In this document: positions 19,606-28,401 of the stretch, in pieces
How positions within the stretch are numbered: the first letter of the stretch is position 1
Layout: each line of letters starts with the position of its first letter
Origin: Chthoniobacterales bacterium
Lineage (GTDB): Bacteria > Verrucomicrobiota > Verrucomicrobiia > Chthoniobacterales > JBDTJR01
Assembly (NCBI GenBank): GCA_039935735.1
Contig: JBDTJR010000138.1
Coordinates: 1 to 47,984, forward strand
DNA length: 47,984 nucleotides
Direction of reading: 5' to 3'
Made by a program: the position numbers and the translations under genes
The notes under the pieces: model-generated
Told to the model about the DNA's origin: nothing
Database searches by the model: none
What the model saw: only the letters and a program-made list of their open reading frames with translations

Positions 19606-20826
19606 TTAAAATAGCATAGTCGCCGGACTTTCAAGCAGGTGGCGAAGCGTTTTCATGTACTCCGCGCCCACTGCGCCATCCACCACACGGTGATCCGCGC
19701 TCAGGGTAATGGACATCGTATGTCCGACTACGATCTTGTCATGTTCTCCGACAACAGGCTTTTTGATAATCGCACCGACCGCGAGGATCAACGCCTGCGG
19801 AGGATTGATGATCGCCGCAAAATCCTTGATGCCATAAGCGCCGAGATTGGAAATGGTAAGTGTTCCACCCTGGTATTCCTCGGGTTTCAACTTTTTCCCG
19901 CGTGCGCGAACGGCAAAGTCCTTGATCGCCGCGCTGAGATCGCGAAGTGAAAGCGTATCGGCATTTCGTATGACAGGAGTCACCAGACCGTCTTCCACCG
20001 CGATGGCGACAGAGATATTGATATCCGTATATTCGAAAACCGAATCACCGGCAAAAGCGGCATTCACTTTTGGATGCGCCTTCGCGGCACGCGCTGCGGC
20101 GAGAACGACGAAGTCATTCACAGTGACCTTTTGAAGACTTTTCTCTTCATGAATCACATTGATGTCCTTGCGGAATTGCATCAACGGCTCGGCATTGAGC
20201 TCGATTGTGAGATAAAAATGAGGAATCTGCGTCTTGCTTGCATACAAGCGATCCGCGATCACGCGACGCATGCCGCTGAGCGGGATGCGGGTTCCATTAC
20301 CCGTAGGAACGGGGATGGAAATCGCGGCTGGCGCTGAACCTCCACCTGCAGGAGCATTCAAGACGTCTTTCTGAACAATACGTCCACCGGGGCCACTGCC
20401 AGTGATCTTACTGAGATCGACTCCGCGTTTGGCTGCGATCTTTTTTGCAAGCGGGGAAGCTCTGAAGCGTCCACTGGAAATTGCGACAAGCGCGGAAGCG
20501 GGAGCCGCCGATTTTTGTGCGGGCGTTGCATCGGCTGCGGGTTTCTTTTCCGCAGGTGCTTCTTTTTTCTGTTCGACAGGCTTGGATTCTCCTTCGCCGA
20601 GAACGAATGCCAGCTTTTCTCCGACACCTACCTTCTTGCCTTCCTGGACGTAGATCTGGTCCATCACTCCGTCGTCGAAAGCTTCCATCTCCATCGTGGC
20701 CTTGTCGGTTTCGACATCGGCAATAACTTCTCCGGCAGAGACTTTATCTCCGGTTTTTTTGTGCCACTTGACGAGAGTTCCCTCGGTCATCGTGTCACTA
20801 AGTTTGGGCATCGTAATGTCCGGCAT
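19606..20826 (-). CDS. pdhC: dihydrolipoamide acetyltransferase (E2) of pyruvate dehydrogenase complex
   Basis: The track ORF is 19606..21021, but its first 65 aa are implausible and overlap pdhB. I set the start to ATG at 20826 (MPDITMPKLSDTMTEGTLVKW lipoyl domain, DKATME lipoyl-Lys motif). A Pro/Ala linker, an E3-binding domain (SPLAKKIAAKRGVDL) and a catalytic domain with DHRVVDG follow. Confidence 0.9.
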   Translation of the reverse strand: MPDITMPKLSDTMTEGTLVKWHKKTGDKVSAGEVIADVETDKATMEMEAFDDGVMDQIYVQEGKKVGVGEKLAFVLGEGESKPVEQKKEAPAEKKPAADATPAQKSAAPASALVAISSGRFRASPLAKKIAAKRGVDLSKITGSGPGGRIVQKDVLNAPAGGGSAPAAISIPVPTGNGTRIPLSGMRRVIADRLYASKTQIPHFYLTIELNAEPLMQFRKDINVIHEEKSLQKVTVNDFVVLAAARAAKAHPKVNAAFAGDSVFEYTDINISVAIAVEDGLVTPVIRNADTLSLRDLSAAIKDFAVRARGKKLKPEEYQGGTLTISNLGAYGIKDFAAIINPPQALILAVGAIIKKPVVGEHDKIVVGHTMSITLSADHRVVDGAVGAEYMKTLRHLLESPATMLF

Positions 20827-20837
20827 AAGCAGTGTGA

Positions 20838-21821
20838 TTAAATATTGCAGACGCGCTTCACGGCGCTGATGATTTTTTCGGAGTTTGGAAGGACGGCCTT
20901 CTCTAAAATTTCGCTGTAGGGCATCGGAACATCCTCCTGCGTCACGCGAATGATCGGCGAATCCAATTCGTCGAACGCATGATGCTGGATTTGATAAGTA
21001 ATTTCCGAGCCAATGCCGCAAACCGGACGATCCTGCTCGGCGATGACGACGCGATGTGTTTTCGCAACAGAGGCGAGAATCGTATCCAGATCCAGCGGAC
21101 GAATGCTGCGCAGGTCGAGCACTTCGGCATTAATGCCTTCGGCGCTAAGTTCTTCTGCGGCCTTCAATGCCATGGGCACCGTCAGCGCGTAACAGATGAT
21201 CGTGACATCCGAGCCTTCGCGTTTTATCTCGGCGCTTCCGAGCGGGATGAGAAGCTCTACGTCTTCATCTTCGACAGGGCCTTTCAAATTATAATGCATC
21301 TCGCATTCGAGAACGAGCACCGGGTTGTTATCGCGAATGGCTGTTTTGAGCAGACCCTTTGCGTCGCGCGGTGTGGCAGGTGTGCAAATTTTCAAGCCGG
21401 GGAAATTCGCAAAAAGCGATTCCGTGGCATGCGAGTGCGTTGCGCCAAGCGCATGAGCCGGACCATTCGGGCCGCGGAAAGTCATCGGCACGTGAAGCTG
21501 TCCGCCGGACATCGTCAGCATGTTTGGCGCGTTGTTCACGACCTGGTCAAATGCCACCAGCGAGAAGCTGAAGGTCATGAATTCGATGACAGGTCGCAGA
21601 CCAACCATGGCCGCGCCCACACCCATTCCGGCAAAACCGGCTTCGCTGATCGGGGTATCGATGACACGCTTCGGGCCAAATTTATCCAGCAATCCCTGGC
21701 TGACTTTGTAGGCACCGTTATATTCCGCAACTTCCTCACCCATGAGGAATACATTGGGATCGCGCTCCATCTCTTCAGTAAGCGCTTCCGTGAGCGCCTG
21801 GCGGTAGGTGATCTCTCTCAT
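20838..21821 (-). CDS. pdhB: pyruvate dehydrogenase E1 component beta subunit
   Basis: 327 aa. MREITYRQALTEALTEEMERDPNVFLMGEEVAEYNGAYKVSQGL is the canonical E1-beta N-terminus. Confidence 0.95.
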   Translation of the reverse strand: MREITYRQALTEALTEEMERDPNVFLMGEEVAEYNGAYKVSQGLLDKFGPKRVIDTPISEAGFAGMGVGAAMVGLRPVIEFMTFSFSLVAFDQVVNNAPNMLTMSGGQLHVPMTFRGPNGPAHALGATHSHATESLFANFPGLKICTPATPRDAKGLLKTAIRDNNPVLVLECEMHYNLKGPVEDEDVELLIPLGSAEIKREGSDVTIICYALTVPMALKAAEELSAEGINAEVLDLRSIRPLDLDTILASVAKTHRVVIAEQDRPVCGIGSEITYQIQHHAFDELDSPIIRVTQEDVPMPYSEILEKAVLPNSEKIISAVKRVCNI

Positions 21822-22795
21822 TTTACCGTCTCCCCATAATACGTGTAGTTATAAAGCTCATCGAGAGGCGGCTCTTCGCTGGATTCCGCAAAACGCACGC
21901 TGTCGACCGCGATCTGTCTCGCCTTTTTGTCGAGTTCATCAAATTTTTCCTGCGTCAGAAGCTTCTCGGTAATCAAATCGTCTTGAAGCTTGGTGATCGG
22001 GTCTTGTTCCTTATGCTTTTCCAGTTCCTCGCGTGTGCGATACGTCGCAGGATCGGACATCGAGTGACCACGGTAGCGATAAGTTTCCGCTTCGATAAAC
22101 CACGGTTGCTTCGTCTTGCGGACATCTTCGACGATTGGCGCAAAGTCCTTCATCAGATTGCGCACGTCCATGCCGTCGATCACCGCGCTCTTCATGCCGT
22201 AGCCTTTGGCGCGATCCACGATCTTATCCATAGGGATGGAGCGCTTCACATGCGTGCCCATCGCAAACTGGTTGTTTTCGACAATATAAATAACCGGCAA
22301 CTCAAAGAGGCCCGCCATATTCAGGGATTCATGAAACGAGCCCTGATTGATCGCGCCGTCTCCGAGATAACAAACCGTCACGCGGTCTTCATCGCGATAT
22401 TTGGAAGCGAAGGCCATGCCCGCTGCGAGTGGCACGTGGCCGGCGACAATCGCGTGTCCGCCATACATATGCCTTTCAACATCAAAGAAATGCATCGATC
22501 CTCCGAGGCCCTTTGAGCAACCCGAGGCTTTACCGAAAAGTTCCGCCATACAGGAGTCGGCGCTGGTTCCGCGAGCGAGGGCATGACCGTGATCGCGGTA
22601 GGCCGTGATGATGTAGTCATCGGGACGCAGCACATTGATCGTGCCCACGGCAACGGCCTCCTGACCTATGTAAAGGTGGCAAAATCCCCCGATCTTCTGT
22701 TGCTGATACTGTTGCGAGGCCCGTTCCTCGAAGCGCCGGATCAGCAGCATCTGAAAGAGAATATCGATATCGGTATTTTTGGCTTCTTTGCCCAT
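21818..22795 (-). CDS. pdhA: pyruvate dehydrogenase E1 component alpha subunit
   Basis: 325 aa. TPP-binding GDGAINQG...NN motif (YLGDGAINQGSFHESLNMAGLFELPVIYIVENNQFAMGT). 4 bp overlap with pdhB. Confidence 0.95.
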   Translation of the reverse strand: MGKEAKNTDIDILFQMLLIRRFEERASQQYQQQKIGGFCHLYIGQEAVAVGTINVLRPDDYIITAYRDHGHALARGTSADSCMAELFGKASGCSKGLGGSMHFFDVERHMYGGHAIVAGHVPLAAGMAFASKYRDEDRVTVCYLGDGAINQGSFHESLNMAGLFELPVIYIVENNQFAMGTHVKRSIPMDKIVDRAKGYGMKSAVIDGMDVRNLMKDFAPIVEDVRKTKQPWFIEAETYRYRGHSMSDPATYRTREELEKHKEQDPITKLQDDLITEKLLTQEKFDELDKKARQIAVDSVRFAESSEEPPLDELYNYTYYGETVK

Positions 22796-22944
22796 GTTCG
22801 TTACATCAAGTAGTCGCGGTGTGTTACGGGATATTTTTCATTCCCGGAAACGGACAAACCTTTATGAAATTGCAGGTTTTGGCAATCAGAAATCTATAGG
22901 AGAAAATGCCGCCGTTTACGGGACAAAAATCGGCTTTTCTGGAT

Positions 22945-23169
22945 TTAATCGCGGAATAGGAAAAGCGCGGCTGTCAACGCGGCTCCGATGAGGCAGAGCA
23001 CCATGGTGCTCGATATAAAATACGGGTAAGCCATTAAGGCGACTCCAATGATGAGCGCCTGCCAGCGTCCAGTCCTTTTCCCATAGACAAAGGCACCCAT
23101 GCCGATCGCTCCGAAAACAATCGATCCGAAAATATACGCGCCGCTCAAGTTTAGAGATTGAAGATCCAT
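22945..23169 (-). CDS. small two-TM membrane protein, hypothetical
   Basis: The track ORF is 22945..23241. I prefer the internal ATG at 23169 (MDLQSLNLSGAYIFGSIVFGAIGMG...), which gives about 74 aa with two hydrophobic helices. No recognised family. Start choice is uncertain. Confidence 0.4.
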   Translation of the reverse strand: MDLQSLNLSGAYIFGSIVFGAIGMGAFVYGKRTGRWQALIIGVALMAYPYFISSTMVLCLIGAALTAALFLFRD

Positions 23170-23306
23170 AAGGGTAAAACGGGTGCTCTTTATCAAATCT
23201 GACGGCACTTCGAGGTCTCCGCAACTCGGAAAGGCTTGCAAGTCGGCCTTTCTTCAGGCATCCGAAGGGAAGCGAATCTACGATTATTAAGGAAGGAAAA
23301 GCTCTT

Positions 23307-23687
23307 ATGATTAAGAAAGCGACTCTTACCATGCTGGCAGCATTGATGCTTGGCGGTTGTATGAATGAACAGGGACATTTTCGTCCGCCAGATCCTCTGG
23401 GTCATGCGCTCTTCGATCTCTTTGATCCTCCGAATCGTGCGCCTAAATACGCAGGTACCGGCTATGTGGTGACTTCCAATATGCCACCACCTCAGTCCGA
23501 GAGCCGTCCTGCCTCCCCTGGTGGAAATACGGTTTGGGTGGCTGGTTACTGGAGTTGGAACGGTAATAGCTGGGTCTGGGTACCTGGCCAATGGATCGAA
23601 CCGCCTCATGCCGGAGCTCGTTGGATGGTGCCTCAGTCCTATACGGAAAACGGCCAGCAATACTGGAATCCCGGCTATTGGAGATAA
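23307..23687 (+). CDS. lipoprotein with YXWGXW/WxxGxW-type Trp-rich repeats
   Basis: 126 aa. Signal peptide with lipobox (LMLGGC). SD-like AAGGAAGG sits 8 nt upstream. C-terminal half has Trp/Gly/Tyr repeats (VWVAGYWSWNGNSWVWVPGQW ... YWNPGYW). Confidence 0.7.
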   Translation: MIKKATLTMLAALMLGGCMNEQGHFRPPDPLGHALFDLFDPPNRAPKYAGTGYVVTSNMPPPQSESRPASPGGNTVWVAGYWSWNGNSWVWVPGQWIEPPHAGARWMVPQSYTENGQQYWNPGYWR

Positions 23688-23706
23688 AAAAGAGGCGAAG
23701 CCTCCT

Positions 23707-24063
23707 CTAAACCCGGAAACGGATTTCGCGGATAATTTTATTTCCGAAGCGTAATCGGAATTTCCGGAGAATTTCCGTTTTCCAGGTACGTTCGAGTTCA
23801 TAGTGGATCGCTGGCTGGGTGACCTGTACGAGGAGGACGCCGTCCACCAATCGATTTGGCTTGGAATGCTTCGCCAGGAAATCGCCCACCACATCCCGCC
23901 ATGCGGCGAGCACCTCGGCTTCCTTGAGTCGTTCCTCAAGGCCGAACTTCGCCAATGTTTTGCCGATGATATCGGAAACCGCCACCGTACGGTCTTTCGT
24001 GGGGCGGTTCAGGGGAAGTCCGCGCCATTCCTCAAGAGCTCTATGGCGAAATTTTGGGTTCAT
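23707..24063 (-). CDS. DUF721/DciA-like protein
   Basis: 118 aa. Pattern LAAWRDVVGDFLAKHSKPNRLVDGVLLVQVTQPAIHYELE ... IREIRFRV resembles the DUF721 (DciA) family. Confidence 0.5.
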   Translation of the reverse strand: MNPKFRHRALEEWRGLPLNRPTKDRTVAVSDIIGKTLAKFGLEERLKEAEVLAAWRDVVGDFLAKHSKPNRLVDGVLLVQVTQPAIHYELERTWKTEILRKFRLRFGNKIIREIRFRV

Positions 24064-24130
24064 AAAAAAAGCGCCTCATCTTTGCAGAAGAGGCGCTTTG
24101 TGAAAAGTTTCGAGATAGCTCCCGGTTGAT

Positions 24131-24364
24131 TTATCCTCCGTCGGCGCCAATGGCCTCTACAGGACAGCCTTCCATGGCTTCTTTGCAAAGGTTTTCTTCT
24201 TCAGGCGATTCCGGCTGTTTGTGGACAAAGGAATGTCCGCCGTCGTCATTACGGGTAAAGTTCGCGGGAGCGGTCTCACGGCACAGGTCACAATCGATAC
24301 ATTGGTCGTCCACGTAGAACTTGCCTGTAACATTGTCTGAATATTTATTGTTAACGTCTGCCAT
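24131..24364 (-). CDS. small ferredoxin (Fe-S cluster protein)
   Basis: The track ORF extends to 24388. I prefer the ATG at 24364 (MADVNNKYSDNVTGKFYVDDQCIDCDLCRETAP ... CKEAMEGCPVEAI). The CxxCxxC ... CP cysteine pattern is typical of ferredoxins. Confidence 0.7.
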   Translation of the reverse strand: MADVNNKYSDNVTGKFYVDDQCIDCDLCRETAPANFTRNDDGGHSFVHKQPESPEEENLCKEAMEGCPVEAIGADGG

Positions 24365-24452
24365 AGTTTTATCCTTAGACCGCCGCAACTTACGGACTTG
24401 CTGACGGAATTCAATTATTTTCTATACTTAATACTCATTTTGGCACGCTTAC

Positions 24453-25289
24453 ATGACACTACAAGAAAAACAATCTGACCCCTCCACGCTCCTTCCCAAA
24501 GAGGGAAGACACGTAATTCACACCTTTTACCGTATTGACCACGGTCAATGGGCGCTTCTTGGGGAGGCAGAGCGGCGCAAGGCGAAAACCCGCCTTTCCC
24601 AGCTCGTCCAGGAAGCCCGGGCACTTCCCGGCACTCAACTGCTTACTTTCAGCATGGTCAGCGCCAAGGCGGATCTCGGAATCATGCTCCTGACTCCCGA
24701 TTTGCATGATGCGGATCGAATTTCCAAGCAATTCGCGCTTTCGCTCGGTCCCGATATCCTTGATCCCATTTATAGCTGGTTGTCCATGACCGAGCGCAGC
24801 GAATACACCATGAGCGATGAGGAGTTTGGCAAGACGCTTGAGGTTGAGGAGAAGTTAAAACCCGGCACACCGGAATTCGACGCTCGTGTCGTGGCCTTCC
24901 GCGAACGCATGGATAAATATCTCAAAGATCGACTGGAGCCCAATATGCCGGACTGGCCCGTTTTTTGTTTCTATCCCATGTCCAAGCGTCGCGCACCGGG
25001 GCAAAACTGGTATGCGCTCGATTTCGAAACGCGAAAGCAATTGATGGCGGGTCATGCCAGGGTAGGTCGCACTTATGCAGGACGCGTAAGGCAATTGATT
25101 ACGGGCTCCGCAGGTCTCGACGATCAGGAGTGGGGCGTGACGCTTTTTTCCCATACCACTACAGATATCAAGGAAATCGTGTACGAAATGCGCTTCGACA
25201 AAGTCAGCGCGGATTACGCGGAGTTCGGTGAATTTTTCATCGGCATCCAACTCCCGCTTGACGTTCTCTTTGATCGGCTCGAATTGTAA
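24453..25289 (+). CDS. hemQ: chlorite dismutase family protein, HemQ/ChdC-like (putative coproheme decarboxylase)
   Basis: 278 aa. From memory, the C-terminal blocks CFYPMSKRRAPGQNWYAL, GRTYAGRVRQLITGSAGLDDQEWGVTLFS and YEMRFDKVSADYAEFGEFFIGIQLP closely resemble Bacillus HemQ (YwfI). Assignment between Cld and HemQ is not certain. Confidence 0.65.
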   Translation: MTLQEKQSDPSTLLPKEGRHVIHTFYRIDHGQWALLGEAERRKAKTRLSQLVQEARALPGTQLLTFSMVSAKADLGIMLLTPDLHDADRISKQFALSLGPDILDPIYSWLSMTERSEYTMSDEEFGKTLEVEEKLKPGTPEFDARVVAFRERMDKYLKDRLEPNMPDWPVFCFYPMSKRRAPGQNWYALDFETRKQLMAGHARVGRTYAGRVRQLITGSAGLDDQEWGVTLFSHTTTDIKEIVYEMRFDKVSADYAEFGEFFIGIQLPLDVLFDRLEL

Positions 25290-25292
25290 GTC

Positions 25293-26090
25293 GTGAAGGA
25301 AAAACTCACAGCACTCGAAAATATCCTGAGGCAAAACGCCCCAGTGATCATTGCCTACTCCGGTGGGGTGGACAGCGCCTGCCTGCTTGCGGTGGCGACG
25401 CGTGTTCTTGGAGATCAGGTGCTGGGTGTTATTGCGGACAGTCCCAGCCTTCCGCGAAAGGCATTGCAGGCGGCGATCGAAACAGCTGAGGCGTTCGGGG
25501 CTCGCGTCGAGACGATTCGCACTGACGAGTTGGAAAATCCGGAGTATGCGGAAAATCCGCCGAATCGCTGTTATTTTTGCAAGGCGGAATTATTTTCACG
25601 GCTGGATCGTCTTGCGGTAGAGCGACACTATGCAGCAATTGCTTACGGAGAAAATGCGGACGATCCCGCGCACCTGCGTCCGGGGTCAAAAGCCGCGGCG
25701 GAGTTTAAAATAATTGCGCCGCTCAAGCAGGCCGGTCTTACAAAAGCCGAGGTGAGGGAACTATCCCGCCAACTCGGTCTTCCGACGGCGGAAGCGCCTG
25801 CGCAGCCTTGTCTCAGCTCACGTATTCCACACGGCACTCCGGTGACGCTGGAGGCGCTCTCCCTCGTCGAGAAGGGGGAGGATTTTATTCGCTCGCTCGG
25901 GTTTCGCATTTTTCGTGTTCGTTATATTTCGGACAAAGATTCTGACGGAGCCAGTGCGCGTCTTCAGATCGCACCGACAGAAATGGCGCACATGGAAGAG
26001 TTGCGACCGCACATCGAATCAGGTCTCCTCGCTGCGGGATTTTCTGACGTGGAAATAGACCCAAATGGTTATCGCTCTGCGGGCGCATGA
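25293..26090 (+). CDS. PP-loop ATP pyrophosphatase, LarE/TIGR00268-like (putative sulfur transferase)
   Basis: 265 aa. GTG start 3 nt after the hemQ stop. SGGVDS PP-loop (IIAYSGGVDSACLL) and conserved NRCYFCK cysteine block as in LarE-type sacrificial sulfur transferases. Confidence 0.65.
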   Translation: MKEKLTALENILRQNAPVIIAYSGGVDSACLLAVATRVLGDQVLGVIADSPSLPRKALQAAIETAEAFGARVETIRTDELENPEYAENPPNRCYFCKAELFSRLDRLAVERHYAAIAYGENADDPAHLRPGSKAAAEFKIIAPLKQAGLTKAEVRELSRQLGLPTAEAPAQPCLSSRIPHGTPVTLEALSLVEKGEDFIRSLGFRIFRVRYISDKDSDGASARLQIAPTEMAHMEELRPHIESGLLAAGFSDVEIDPNGYRSAGA

Positions 26091-26719
26091 ATGCGGATAT
26101 TGTTCCCGCCGCTTTTTGCGCTCGATTTTCCCAGCATAATCGGAATGCGATTCTGACAGCCATCCTCACGGGGATTTTTGCGATTCTTGGCTGGGTGCTT
26201 GTATATGGCCTTCTTTATTGGGGGACGCTATTTATCTCCACTTCGGCGAAGGGAACGGAAACGCATGTGGCTACATGGATTACTCCGGCATTTCTTATTC
26301 TTACCACTCTTCTGCTTTTACTCGCAGCGCTTGACCACGCTTTTTTTCGGTTTGCGCCTCTGGATGACAGGCCGATTGTTGGCATTCATCTTATCAAGGA
26401 GTTTGCACTTCTTTTGCCAAAACTCACCTTTTCTGCTTTTGGAACCCTTTTGGCTTATCAGTCACTTTCAAAGGATGACCTGCACCGTGCGTGGGAAATT
26501 CTCATACGAATCCACCATGATCGGAAGTCCGATTTTTTTACGCTTTCCCAGGTTGAGCCCGATGCGCGGCGGTTAAATGCGCTTCTTCTCGCACTCCAGC
26601 TTACCGGGTTCATCGATCTTCATCAGGGCAGGGAAAGTTGGTTTTATCTCGTACGGACGGATGAGTTGCCAGCCGTCAATAAGATGCTGGCGGATGGAGC
26701 GACGGAAGAAACAAACTAA
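26087..26719 (+). CDS. hypothetical integral membrane protein
   Basis: 210 aa. ATGA overlap with the upstream PP-loop gene. Three or more hydrophobic helices (ILTAILTGIFAILGWVLVYGLLYW, ITPAFLILTTLLLLLAAL). No recognised family. Confidence 0.5.
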   Translation: MNADIVPAAFCARFSQHNRNAILTAILTGIFAILGWVLVYGLLYWGTLFISTSAKGTETHVATWITPAFLILTTLLLLLAALDHAFFRFAPLDDRPIVGIHLIKEFALLLPKLTFSAFGTLLAYQSLSKDDLHRAWEILIRIHHDRKSDFFTLSQVEPDARRLNALLLALQLTGFIDLHQGRESWFYLVRTDELPAVNKMLADGATEETN

Positions 26720-28401
26720 GCGGTGACCGCAGTATTCTTTTTCGCGGCCTTCATCTGCCTATGGCGGAAGATACTGAATGCCACAAAGCCCAGGTCGAGT
26801 CCAACGAGAGTTCCCACTGTGGAAAATCCGCCATTGCCAAAGCCGTAGCTATGCAGGCCGACCCCAAGAATAAAGTTAACCCCGTACCAGGACATAACCA
26901 CGCTGAGGAAACAGACAACGGAACCGACGGCGAGTCCAAACCCGCTCCAGCTTCCCGCAATGCGACCGTGCAGAACAAAAAGATAGGTCAGGAGCGCGAT
27001 CAACGCCCATGTTTCTTTTGGGTCCCAGTCCCAGAATCGACCCCAGGAGTAATTTGCCCATACGCCACCGAGAATAGTTCCCGTGGCGAGTAGGAGAACA
27101 CCAACCTGCAGGGTGCGGTAAATGTAGTTATAAAGAGCGGGAGTCGGTTGTTTTTTAAACGCTATCAGTCCAAGCGCAATATGACCCACCCCCGTTGCGA
27201 GCAAAAATGCCGCATAGCTCAGAGTGATTGTCAATACATGCGTTGTCAGCCAGAAGTTATCACGTAGTACAGGAGTAAGGGGATTGATTGCAGGATTCAG
27301 AATCAAGGGTTGCGTATCCGCAAGGATCAATACGATCACCGCAACGGGCGTAGCCCCCATGAGGAAATACCGACTGCGGTAAATCGCTTCAAACACCAGC
27401 GAGAAAAAAATCGCTCCACAAGCTACCCATATGACGGATTCATACATGTTTGTCACCGGCGGACGGCCACCGACGAGAATCCGGCAGGTGAATCCATATA
27501 CTTGAAAGCCAAATCCGGCCAGTACGAGCACCCATCCGACAAGATAACCGGCACGGCGTCCTTTAACAGAGGTCAGAGCCAATACAATAGCGGTGGCGGC
27601 ATAGAAAATCCATGCCCAGCGAAAAGGGTGAATATGCTGATACGTCAGCTCGATGTTCAGTTGCCTGTCTGAGGGAAAAAACTCAGGGCGCACCATTCGC
27701 AGGCTACTTTCCAATGTAGTAGCCTGTTTATTAAATTCATCCTGGTTTCCGGCTTTTAATGCGGCCTGCAGGGCTGACAGGTCAGTATCGAGCTGTGCGG
27801 CGCGTGTCGTGAGTGCTGGATCGGCATTCTTTTGTGCGGCCGTGAATTCTGGAATAGTGCTCCATGGTCCATTTGCATGATCCAGATTAGGGACGACTCG
27901 ATGTAAGGTGCCTTTCGTCAGGCTTTCGAATTGCGCCATCCGCAATGCCACGGTGCTGGCCTCTTTGGGTAAACCCTTTAGTTTGTCTTTCGGATTTTCC
28001 TTCCTTTGTTCGGTAGCCTCCGCGAGCAGTTTTTGAAATGCTTCATTTGTGGAGAGCGCTTCATAAGGAAACCACTTTTCCGTGAGCGGCAGTCCGAGCG
28101 TTTTCTTTAACAGGAGATTGTTAATTAGAATGAGAGGCTTCTTATTCCATCCCTCCGGCTGAAGCCACATCGTGGTGATCACTTCATTCGCGGGGATTTT
28201 CTGCTCATCAATAGTCAGTGCGGTTTTTCCGCTCATGCTCAACAGCGCTTCCTGGGCAAAAACCAAATACGGTTTTTTCCGTCCTTCATTTTGGATTACC
28301 ATCCGGTCGAGCGAGGTAAAATCCGTGACGGCGCCGAAGACGCAGCCGGCAAAAGCCGTGAGGTAAATTAAAAAAAACGAAACGCGTTTTGCGGATATCA
28401 T
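26716..28401 (-). CDS. ccsA: cytochrome c-type biogenesis protein CcsA/ResC (system II heme handling protein) with long N-terminal extension
   Basis: 561 aa. WWD/heme-handling motif WANYSWGRFWDWDPKETWALI in the C-terminal polytopic domain. About 240 aa of N-terminal extra sequence with one TM and a soluble helical region. Confidence 0.85.
   Translation of the reverse strand: MISAKRVSFFLIYLTAFAGCVFGAVTDFTSLDRMVIQNEGRKKPYLVFAQEALLSMSGKTALTIDEQKIPANEVITTMWLQPEGWNKKPLILINNLLLKKTLGLPLTEKWFPYEALSTNEAFQKLLAEATEQRKENPKDKLKGLPKEASTVALRMAQFESLTKGTLHRVVPNLDHANGPWSTIPEFTAAQKNADPALTTRAAQLDTDLSALQAALKAGNQDEFNKQATTLESSLRMVRPEFFPSDRQLNIELTYQHIHPFRWAWIFYAATAIVLALTSVKGRRAGYLVGWVLVLAGFGFQVYGFTCRILVGGRPPVTNMYESVIWVACGAIFFSLVFEAIYRSRYFLMGATPVAVIVLILADTQPLILNPAINPLTPVLRDNFWLTTHVLTITLSYAAFLLATGVGHIALGLIAFKKQPTPALYNYIYRTLQVGVLLLATGTILGGVWANYSWGRFWDWDPKETWALIALLTYLFVLHGRIAGSWSGFGLAVGSVVCFLSVVMSWYGVNFILGVGLHSYGFGNGGFSTVGTLVGLDLGFVAFSIFRHRQMKAAKKNTAVTA

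Noticed and set aside
20827-21021. 65 aa N-terminal extension of the E2 ORF in the track (MRHWLGNYLS...)
   Set aside because: It overlaps the pdhB coding region. The lipoyl domain consensus begins at MPDITMPKL (ATG at 20826), leaving a clean 11 bp gap after pdhB.
23193-23939. 248 aa minus-strand ORF across the lipoprotein and DciA-like region
   Set aside because: W/S/R-rich mirror of the Trp-repeat lipoprotein codons. The plus-strand gene has a signal peptide, a lipobox and an SD. The minus ORF also overlaps the DciA-like CDS.
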